Positions 49,501-61,500 of a DNA stretch of 64,000 nucleotides are shown here, one piece after another (within the stretch, counting starts at the first letter, position 1; every line of letters begins with the position of its first letter). Below the pieces are notes generated by a model. The model saw only the letters and a list, made by a program, of their open reading frames with translations, searched no databases and had not been told where the DNA came from. The position numbers and the translations under genes are program-made. The stretch covers positions 992,001 to 1,056,000 of the forward strand of contig JBEUKZ010000054.1 in NCBI GenBank assembly GCA_048128005.1. The letters are read 5' to 3'. The stretch is from Veleropilina oligotropha (lineage: Eukaryota).

Positions 49501-52500
49501 GACTAGCACATACAAATTCATTTCCCAATGTATTTTTCTTCCAAAATCAGTTAATTTCATTTGACTTTCAACCCCGGATTTCAACATACCACAAACTACA
49601 TATCAAAAATTACCTACAAATTTTTAATCTGACAGACCAAAATATTATAATAGTACAGTGGGTACTTCACATACACGTACACTCCCCAGGTGTCAGGAAG
49701 TGCCCCTATTGATTTAGGGGTTGAAAGATCAATACCTCACTGATTTGGGCATCTAGAGATTTAATTACCCCACGGGCACTGGCTAGTTACAGATAATGGC
49801 AGGGTCCCATCATTAATATTGCGAATTTAAAAAAAAAATTGAACCCAAAAAAATTGTTTTTAACATTTTTTTTAATGTAGACAGGTCTGGTTGCAACATT
49901 TTCTCAATAGAAATGCACCCCTTTTATTTGCAGGATATTTCTGCCTTAATGGCACAGTGACCCCGGAGATTTGTCCATTGGGGCACAACTGTCCGCAGGG
50001 AACTAGGTTCAGCACGGAGTTCCCATGCCCCAAGGGAACGTTCAATAACAACACAGGTATGCCGCAGATACCTGTGTCCACAGTACATTCTTCACTAGTT
50101 GTCTATATGTTGCTTATACCTATCGAGTAAGTAGTAATGAATTCGCCATTGGAATAAAATCATCAAATGTCACTTTTATGACAATTGTGCTAAGTGCATA
50201 TATTCAGTTGGTATTATCGAGATTGAAGAAAGTCATACTCAAATTAATTTAGTATGTATAATACTGTATTCTAAAAATTATTTTATTCATTAAATAAATT
50301 CAGCATGTTTGTCATATTAATTAGTAAATTATTGATAAATACATGGTGAAGAATCCCCTGCATAAGAGATCATTTAACTGATCGTTCCCTGTGAGATATC
50401 GTATTCATTTGTATCATTCCCTGTGAGATAACGTATTCATTTTGATCATTCCCTGTGAGATAACGTTTTCATTTGTATCATTCCATGTGAGATAACGTAT
50501 TCATTTGTATCATTCCATGTGAGATAACGTATTCATTTGTATCATTGCATGTGAGATAATGTATTCATTTGTATCATGACTGTATCACGCAGGATTGCAG
50601 TCAGAATCTGACTGCCAAGACTGCACCCCGGGCATGTTCTGCGAGGGGTTAGGGAACATCGTCCCCGGCGGGTTCTGTGATGGGGGATTCTTCTGTGGGG
50701 CCAAGTCATTCCAGAGGAGGCCCTACGATGTGGGAAACCTGACGACGATAAATGGAACCCTAGCGTAAGGAATGAAGATTGGGAAACAAGACTGTATATT
50801 TAACAAATTAATAGAGAATTTTGTTTCCTATTTTTTTCAAAAGCAATTTACTTCCTCATAGCTAATTACAAATATGTTAGCATTTTTATTACCCTTCATA
50901 TTTGATATGTTTAGGATGGTAGCAAAAGCTGGCATTGCTATCTGAGCCTTAACATACCCCTAACAAAGCACCTTGTATTTAATCATTGGTCACCTGCTGA
51001 AATGTAGTTTACTAGTTTTATAGAGAGCATGACTTTGTGCTTGTCTTCTCTTCTTCTATACTTGATATATATATACCAGCTTGATAGCAAAGTTCATCAT
51101 TTTTGCTAAGTAAAACTTTCATGCTATTAAAAGACCTATTTAGCAATATTGTATATTAATTTTGTATAGCTCCATGCCCGGTGTTTTGTCGGCAAGTTAC
51201 TTACTAATAGATCCCTATGTATGAAGCAGGAAACAGTTATACAAATTTGTCCCATAATATTATAGAAATTGAATTTGTTACAGTGATTTGCTCTCGACTG
51301 ATACCTGCACACCGATGTGGGATTGCGTGTGTAGCTCCTTTGAGATGACCAGTGGAGGAATATGTCCGATCGGCTACTATTGTCCAGAAGGGTCAGAGAA
51401 GCCAATTTCATGTGATGGTGGCAGCTACTGTGCCACCCCGGGACTGGCCTTGCCAACAGGTAAGCAGTGTTGATTTTATGTATGTCTTGCAGTGAAAGCC
51501 TCCTCAAATGTGCTTTAACAATATTTCTTTAAGGTATATCTGTCAAATGAAATGATGTGGTTTGCCCGAGAGGGTATGTGGTTTAAAAATTAAGTTCTAT
51601 CACCAATTATCTCTACCATCTCCATTGGACCCAGTCAAGCAGAACTGTGTATATGACGCGCTACTGATCACGTGACCAAGCAATCAATAATGATTGGTCT
51701 TGTATGTGTATATGATGCGCTACTGATCACGTGACCAAGCAATCAATAATGATTGGTCTTGTATATGTATATGATGCGCTACTGATCACGTGACCAAGCA
51801 ATCAATAATGATTGGTCTTGTATGTGTATATGATGCGCTACTGATCACGTGACCAAGCAATCAATAATGATTGGTCTTGTATGTGTATATGATGCGCTAC
51901 TGATCACGTGACCAAGCAATCAATAATGATTGGTCTTGTATGTGTATATGATGCGCTACTGATCACGTGACCAACCAATCAATAATGATTGGCATTGTTG
52001 TATTTCTCTATTTCAAACTTCGGCAGTTCGTCATTTTCATCTTGGGATAATTATCGCAGAAGAAACTTGTAAATCGTCGGGACTCATTGATCTTTCATAC
52101 ACTAATTTATAAAGAATTTCAAGTAAATTTATTATGAAACTAAGTATTTAAGCTGTTTTCGTTGTAGGTCTCTGTGACAGTGGCTTTTATTGTGACCACA
52201 CCAGTTCAGCACCTGACCAGTATGACTGTCCCCTCGGTCAATACTGCGTAGTGGGCACCCAGGTACCCGTGCCCTGCCCCGAGGGCACCTACGCGGCCAG
52301 CATCGGCAGTGCTGCTCTCTCTGACTGCCTGTCCTGCACCGCTGGAGAATACTGTGAAGGTGAGTTCAGTAGTGTCCGGACTGTGTAACCGATTAAATAT
52401 GCGATCATTCTATTCCGCTGATCATTTTCTGTCGCATAGAAGATGAACTGCTGGACCTATGCTTTTCATATTTGGTATTCACCTTGTATACCATCATGCC

Positions 52501-55500
52501 TTGCCTAATTTCAAAGATGGGGTCACTGGGTCAAAGGTCAATGTCATTTTCTTGTACAGTCGATTCCACTTAATAACATACCTGTTAATAAGATATTTCG
52601 TTTATTAACATAGATTTGTCAAACACCGAATCGTTTACTATTATTCATGTGTTAAATATTCCTGTTAATAACATACCCTAAAATAGGTAATTTCGGCTAT
52701 TAGCATATTTTTTCCCCGGAAAGTTACTATAAAATACCGTATTTGGTCATATCTAGACATAAAATGCATGGTTCAGACGCATAACAGCGATCAGCATAAC
52801 AGCGTCGTGCATGTATTTATTATGTGTTATATAGGAAATAAATGTTGCGGCAAATGTACTATCCTATTAAATATTTATTTAGCACAAACCTGGTTATATT
52901 ATTTTCAATAAAAGCCGTGTTGCTTAACACCATGTAATGTCACTCCAGCGACTTAACAAAATCATGCTTTGCGGGCAAATGTAGAATGTGATTCATATTC
53001 AAAATGTCGGCGGAAGATCGGTACGACTCCGACGAGATCTTATGGAATATGGTAGAAGAATCACAACATCAACAAATGGAGGTAGACTTTAAGACTCCAT
53101 AACACATAATACCATCGTGTCTGGCAGTTTGAATAATGAAGGTTTGCTATAAACTATTATTTTCGAACTCTTTCTATTGGATACGCATAGTATATGCACC
53201 CGGCCACCCGCAGAGTTGTGTTGTTTTATCTGAGGCGCCTCGATGGAATATATTTCTGTGTACATGTACTATGTTTTCAGATTCAACCAGCCTGCTAATT
53301 GGATTAATTAGCCAGGGCATTTCTGACCAATTACGAAGTTAATGACTAAACTATTGTCAATTTCACATTGCTTTCAAGTAACAGCCAGTTGCACGGACGG
53401 AGGTGGGTATAGAGCATACCGACCTCTGCATGCTCTATACCGACCTCTGCATGCTCTATACCGACCTCTGCATGCTCTATACCAACCTCTGCATGCTCTA
53501 TACCGACCTCTGCATGCTCTATACCAACCTCTGCATGCTCTATACTGACCTCTGCATGCTCTATACCAACCTCTGCATGCTCTATACCGACCTCTGCATG
53601 CTCTATACCAACCTCTGCATGCTCTATACCGACCTCTGCATGCTCTATACCAACCTCTGCAGACTTCATACCCAACTCTGCAAGAGAATAGTCATTGAAA
53701 ACAGGTATTCACATTGAATACCAACCTCTTCAAAACAAAAGAGCCGTTTTGTAAGTATAGGTTACTAACCGAGTTGGGGGTATTCATCGATTTGAAAGAC
53801 CTGCGCCCGTTCGGATCGTGACACAGAGACAGCGAAGCGGTCGAGGTGTTACCGCACGGAAGCAGGTCTTTCAAATCGATGAATACCGACTATCGAGGTT
53901 TGTAACCGACATACACAACAGACAATTAGCTCCTTTGTTGTCAATTTCTCTTGTGATCAGCTTTAGCCGTCTTGCATGGACGCAGGTTGGTATAGAGTGA
54001 AAAGTAGGGCGGTATGGCCATACCACCCTACTTTTGAATCGTCATTGAAAACAAGGTGTTCACGCTGAATACCAACCTCTTCAAAACAAAAGAGCCATTG
54101 TGTAAAGAGTTATATTGATTATTTAATCACTATGGATGTATTATATACAAAAGGCGGGCCAGTATGAGGAGCATACCTCTAGTTTATTAAGGTCTTTTAT
54201 CTCACTGAACAATTTTATTTGTTATTATCCCCCGCAAAATTTTTTTGCGGGGGATATTAAAATGCAGACTGTCCGTCCGTCCGTGCAAATTATCTTTTCC
54301 GGAGCATATCTCATACTCCACTCAACATAACTTTAAAACTTGCTGGATATATTAAGTAGTAGGTGAACTGGCGCGTTTTGCTAGTTTCGACATTGTGTGT
54401 TGATCAAAAACAGAGTTATTGCCCTTGGTGTTAATTCGTTAATGTTACTTTTTCCGGAGCGTATCTCGTACACCGCTCGCCATAACTTGACGAAACTTGC
54501 TGGGTGTATTAAGTAGTCCGTGAACTGGTGCCTTTTGCTAGTTTTGGCGTTGTGCCGCAATTATTAACAGAGTTATTTCCCTTGATGTAAATTTGTTAAT
54601 GTTCTCCTTTCCGAAGGGTATCGCATAAACTGCTTGGCATAACTTTATGCAATTTGGTGGGTGTATTAAACAGTTGTTGAACTGGTGCCTTTCGTTAATT
54701 TTGACGTTGTACGTCAAATATTAACAGTTTTTGCTCTTACTTTAATTTTGTTATTCTCGACTAGACCTCGTACAGTGCTTGACTTATCATTACAAAACTT
54801 GGTGGGTGTATTCAGTAGTTGGTTAACTGGTGCCTTTTCATAATTTTTACATTGCGTCATGATTAATGACAGAGTTATTGCCATTGTTATTATTTAAAGC
54901 ATCGATATTGCCCTTACCTCATTGTAGTTTCAAGAACATACAGCATTTAGTAATTGTAATTGTACCATTGCGGGGATATTGATGGATCTATTTTCTTGTT
55001 GTCTTTCTTAAAGGTGTAGGAAATTATCAGCCGACAAACTTATGTCAAGCAGGCTATTACTGTCCTGGTGGACAAAACATGTCGACCCCTGGGGAACATC
55101 TATGTTGGAAGGGCCATTACTGCCCAGAAGGGTCGACGATACCCACTCTCTGTCAAAATGGTGAATACCAGCTCAATGAAGGTCAGAGTTCTTGCGACAC
55201 GTGCCCCGCCGGATACTTCTGTGACGTGACCGGAGGTAAGGAATATCGTGAATATGTTCACAAAAATGGGTTATTTATTTCGTACCGAACTCTAATCAAG
55301 CCATAATGTTTCAAGGCAATTGGAAGCAAAAATATGTATAATTGTGTTCCCGGACAATAGTCGGGGATACTGTATTCTTGTCTCAATTTCACTGCAACAG
55401 CGTCCACAGAGCTTTCTTGTGTGCGCCTTACAGTCAACAGTTATAATCCTATTTGCTTCAAATCTGATGTGCCGTGAACGATTTTGGTCATTTTCGCATT

Positions 55501-58500
55501 CAACATGGCCGCCATTGGAGGGGATAACACGCTCGATGACGTAAATTAATTATATCTTTATGATGGAAAATTTTGGCGAATACAGGTCATATTGTACAAG
55601 TAACATATTTAAAGCTGATGTTGAGAACAAGTGTTTTAAACTTATTTCCATGACACGGATTTTTTGGCACCATCGTTCTGTGGTACGAGTAGCCGATGTA
55701 GTAACCCTGCAGGCTGGTGCTAGAATGCAGTCATTGTCCAATTATAAATCTCATGCAATGTTACTGAAGAACAGGTTGACAAATGTGAACATGTTTTGTC
55801 TAGTCATTTGTTGGAGAAAATTTATGTTAGTTTACTAGTTTTCATTGCTGGCTATTTCATTAATAACTTGAAATTATTTTATTTCTTGCTCCAGGAAATG
55901 TCACTATTGAAAATGGTAATTTTGGTTGATGACATATTTGTCATATTGATATGTTTGTGAAGTTAATGACGTAACATTGTGGAATATTGTTTCCATCACG
56001 AGTGATCTTCTGCACTGATTTAAATGTTGGAAATGTGAAAGACAAGGCTGTGTTATTAATGGTAGTGAAGGTAAATCTGGCTAATTTATAGTTGATTGAA
56101 AATGTGGCTTCTATCGATCATTTGTTGAAGAAACATGAAAAGTAACGTTAGATTTAAAAATAATGCTGTCTTTCACATTCCCTAATATATTTGTTGCACA
56201 TACTCCATAAAATGTTAAATATCCATTAATTGGTGTTTTATTAATATTATTGTTTGTTACTAACAGGTAGTACATGTGCATAAAGGTCGTGCGATGCTTT
56301 GTCATGAAGTTTATCGTTTCCTGTTGTGTAATACTTTTTCAGGGAAACTTTGGATGTTCTTTACTAATAGCATGAGGCGGTGTATGTTGATCTCGTACTA
56401 AACTCTGTTTATTGTTTGTTATTGTTTCCCTCGATTAACTATCGGGGGATCAGATACTATGGTTTAGTGTCCATTATGCCACGTCCGACGAGAGATTCCT
56501 CGTGATCGCTTTAGACAGGTCATTTATTAATGGATTGTTTTCAAATTTAGTATGTACATTGATTGTGGTGAGGACACGAAAACTATAGATTTGTGGTGTG
56601 GTCTGCCGTGGCCGTCATCATGGATTTTCAACCGTAATTTCTGGTGATCCCTCTAGACAGGTCATTTCTTAATGGAATGTTTCAAATTTAGAATGTCCAT
56701 TGATTAGATTTCCTTATGATCACTCTTGACGAGTCCTTTCTTAACGGAGTGTTCTCAAATTTAGTATGTACACAACCCACGGTCCCGAGTACGCGTTAAC
56801 ACTGCCAGTGGATACATATGCGGTCACGGGTGACCGCGCTGTGTGACCGAGCCGGGTTACCATGCAAGCATTCTAGTTAAATCATGGTTTGCGATTGTTT
56901 GGGGATCAGGCGACCACCAGCCAACTATATTTATATTGTGGAGACTTGACAGCAGGAATTCCCTCATCCTTATGATTGATGTAATGGCATGATCTTAGAT
57001 GTTTTCGTAATTATACAATTATATATGGCAAATTCTTGCCTGTTTGTGATTTCTTTGATAGGAACTTGTCAATGCATGTGGATAAAGATTATGTGTGTAT
57101 ATTTTGTCTAAAATGTGACATCAGTTTCATACACATAATTTGTGTATGTAAGCCAAGTTATATTATAGCTATTAAAAGTGATTTTATGCTTGAGTCTGAT
57201 CTGTGGATGCTACATACAAACTTCGGGTCTAGGTCTCTCATGGTGCAGACTCAAATTAGTGCCTTATATATGTGCACTCGATGTTATATATTTAATTTAG
57301 TCTTCTTCAATTTGTAGTTGTATCTAGCTACATATATGTTCTGATATAGGTGTTCCAGTGGTCAATCCAAGCCCCTGTCCGTCTGGATACTACTGCCCCA
57401 TGGGGACCGCTAGTGGAGTCTCCAACCCGTGTCCTGCCGGTACATTTGGACCGGAGCAGCTGTATTCGGCAGTCTCAGACTGCCTGCAATGCAGTCCGGG
57501 CGAGTACTGCGAGACACCAGGGTTATCTGCCCCTACTGGTGAATGCTACGCAGGATTCTACTGCACAGGAGGCGCTTCTATCGCCACCCCCGTCGATGAT
57601 CAGGTAATTTGTTAAGGAGAAATACGAAAATAAATAGTTGTATGAAAGCTTTTTAAATTCTTGTCTGATTCGTCATGTAGAGAGCTTAAATAAATATCTA
57701 ATGCCAGAATCACAATTCAAAACTTCTTTTCATATTGTGTTCAACATGAAACGTTTTATTTCAGGTGGATCCCGCCAACACGACTGCCTTCACCGGAAAT
57801 GATCGATGCCCCGTCGGGTACTACTGCACTAACGGAACAGGATACCCCCATCCCTGCCCCATCGGAACGTTCTCAACACAGCGGGAGGTCGTAGGGCCTG
57901 AAGGCTGCGAGCCATGCCCTAGGGGCCATTATTGCAATGTTAAGGCGTTCACTAAAGTCCTAGAGGCACCACAGTGTGATCCGGGGTAAGAGCATTGATC
58001 AGTATCATGAACAATAGAATTGTAGGGTATTATGACCAGTTTGAAAACAGGCTTACATATAAGGCTGAAAGCCTGAATCACACTTAACAACTTCATTTCA
58101 ATAATTTTGCTAGATAAGTAATTATGTACAGGTGCAAAATTGTTCTTGTCAGGCAAGTGCATTATAATTAAATGTTAAAACTACCAACTTATATTTGCAT
58201 GTTAAATAATAATGTAAAAGTTTTCATTATTTCGAATAATCGAGAGAAATAATTCTTGAAAATTCAGGATTGAATCTCAAGGACTGTTCTGTATAAAACT
58301 ATTGGTTACCGTTATGTGTTCTAATTTATGCACTCAACTGGACAATAAAATAAAATAATTATCTTTATTTTCCAGCTTTGTGTGTACAGGTGGAAGCACG
58401 ATAGCTAACCCCACCGACCCTGCTGAAGGCTACATGTGTCCACCCGGCCATTACTGTGAGCTGGGAGCGCAGTACGAAATCGGCTGCCCTATCGGGGAAT

Positions 58501-61500
58501 TCCAGTCTAACTATGGGCAGTCCAGCTGCGATATTTGTCCAGTGGGACTGATGTGTCCCGACACCAACATGACCACACCGGAACCATGCAAGACAGGTCA
58601 GTAGACAACGATGCATGTTATTGCTATAATAGCATCCATCCTATGTATCATTCATAGTTCATTGAAGTTCACGGAAGATCGATCTGCTTCACCTATTTGT
58701 CTCATTGTGCTTGTAAAGAAAACTAATTTAAATTTAAAATACTCCAACTAAATCTTCTATTTATTATTATTGCGTATTATATTCATGGTATGTATTATTG
58801 ATGTTTAAGTTATATATTTTTATGTACTATATATAATATTAGTTAGAGCTACATTAGAATAGGCACATTAAAAAGTATTAAATAATAATAAAAGTAATAA
58901 AGACTTTGCAATATTTTATAATATGGACTTGTGCATTGTACACGTGCTTCATTCATAGTTTTTATACACTTTATGCTTGAACGCAATGCATTATATGGTT
59001 AGTTTTTCAGTCGCAGATAGAGTATGTTTCTAATGCATTGTTTCAGGGTTTTACTGCGTGTTTGGCTCCCTGCCGGATCCCTGCCCCGCCGGAACATTCA
59101 ACAACAAGACGGGCCTAACTCTCATTACGGAGTGCACGGACTGCCCCGCAGGGAAGTACTGCGAGGGCGTCGGCAACAGCAACCCCTCAGGTATAACAGA
59201 GATGAAAACAAATGTACACGTTGCACCAGTATAAATATCAAATTTATTGTTTAATTTGTCAGTATAATAACTTTATGAAACATAAAAGTGTGTCATAATT
59301 CCATCAATATTTACTGTGCTGTAACTATTTCGTCTTTGAAGATGAGTCCCGAGTCCGATCTATGAGAGTGAAGGAATTTTCCAATAAGGGGTGCCATCTT
59401 ACTTGCACGCAGCGGCAATTCATGCCATCACTGATTTTTGACTGATTTAAAACTAAAAATGTCAATTTACCATCCATTCATCTCTCAAGCTAAGTTGATT
59501 GTCATCATGTATGTTGTGGCGCAGCCAATCAACATCAATGCACCGATTTATTCTCTCATGGCATCATGTATGCGGTGGCGCGACCAATCAACATCAATGC
59601 ACCGATATGTTCTCTCATGACACAGGAATATTTATCAGGAATCTTATTTGAAGATCCAGTCAGCGTATAACATGCAGAAGTTGTTATTATAATTCATTTC
59701 CTGTAACAGGTGATTGTGACGCCGGCTACTTCTGCCAAGGTGGTGCCAGTACTCGTATTCCTACGCCGACAGCGAGCTATCCCCTGAATGGGGCGTGCCC
59801 ACCCGGTCATTACTGCCCACAGGGGACAACCCTGCAACACCGATGTCCAGTGGGAACCCTGCGTCCAGACTCAGGTGAGAAGATTATTAATTTAATTTAT
59901 ATATTTGTTGACATGTCAGATACAGCAGCAAGGGTATTATCGTTATTGTATCCCCGAAATTTAACATTTCGGGAATAGTATGGTTTAGGCATCGTTCAGC
60001 CGCGTCCGCCAAAGAGATTTCTTGTGTGCGCTGTACAGTGAAAGGTTCTAATCCGATTTGATTCAAATTTGGTATGCACATCAGTTATAATGAGAACACG
60101 CCACCTAATGATTTTCGTCATTCTCAGATCCAAGATGGCCGCCATGGTGGCGATTTTGTTTGGAGAGATTTCTTGTGTGCAGTCTACAGTGAAAAGTTAT
60201 TATCCGATTTGATATGCCTGTTCGTTATGATGAGGACATGCCACCTAAAGATTTTCGGATCCAAGATGGCAGCCATTTTGTATGACGAGATTTCTTGTGC
60301 ACACGTCTACAGTGAAAACTTATTATCTGATTTATTTCAAATTGGATATACACGTTTGGTATGATGAGGACATGTCGCATAATGATTTGCGTAGTTTCTG
60401 TTATCAAGATGGCCGTCGTGGCATCCATTTTGTTTGAAGAGATTTCGTGTATGCACTCGACAATGAAAAATTATAATCCGATTTCATTCAAATTCGGTAT
60501 GCACATTAGTTATAATGAGGACATGACACCTAACGATGTTTGTCATTTTCAGATTCAAGATGGCTGTCGTGGCAGCCATTTTGTTTCAACAGATTTCTTG
60601 TGTTTTCGTATTTAAAATTTGCTTCCAACGGAAGGGGATACATCCCCTCGACTTGTGGGGTCGAGGATTCGCTAGTTAACAAATAATAGGTTGCACTTGT
60701 ATAGGATAAGAGAACAACTCCCGCCTGATAGCTCTTATTCAGGGGAGTGGGTTCACATTATCCCTGTCCAATTAACAGTCACAGTTGTCCGTAATTGGCC
60801 GATGAGGCGAAATAATCCCAGACAACCTGGCTTTCCTTCTGCGATAATATGGCGTGACCAGCTGGAAGGGTGTCAAAATGGGAAGTGAAGCAACGATTCA
60901 AAAAGTTGTATTATATCAGCTTAATAGAATATAAATGAGTTACTGTAATGATTGAGTAGCACTTTAATTTATGTATTATAACTTTTGCATTGTAAGATTT
61001 AATATCTCAATTTTCAATATATCTTAATTTCCCGATAAAGACATTTTTTTAAACTAGATATTACTCATTAATTGCCATAGCAAACCTCTGATGAAGCACA
61101 TGACCATGGCCATATACTACCTATAATCGTATAGTTGCAGGTGGTGTTTCATTGTCTTTATCACTGTTTCAGACGGAGCTTCGTTGGCGGACTGCTTGCC
61201 GTGTACCGGCGGTTACTACTGCAGCCAGGAGGCATTAACCGTGCCCTCTGGCCTCTGCCAGGCGGGTTACTACTGCCCAGCGGAGAATGCCACATCGTCG
61301 CCGACGCCAGAAGGCCTGGAATGTCCACGCGGTCACTACTGTCCCGAGGGGTCACCGATATATCTCCCCTGCCCGGCTGGTGAAAGTCAGCCGAACATCA
61401 GAGAAACGTCGTGCGTGCCCTGCCCAGCTGGCTTCTACTGTCAGAGCGCTCTGGACCCAGACCCGAAGCCCTGCGAACCGTTCCACTACTGCCCCACGGG

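Noticed and set aside
53342..53717. Repetitive ORFs (EHAEVGI / LYTDLCM / LYRPLHA)
   Set aside because: A 21-bp stop-free minisatellite opens several frames; no splice fit with the host gene.
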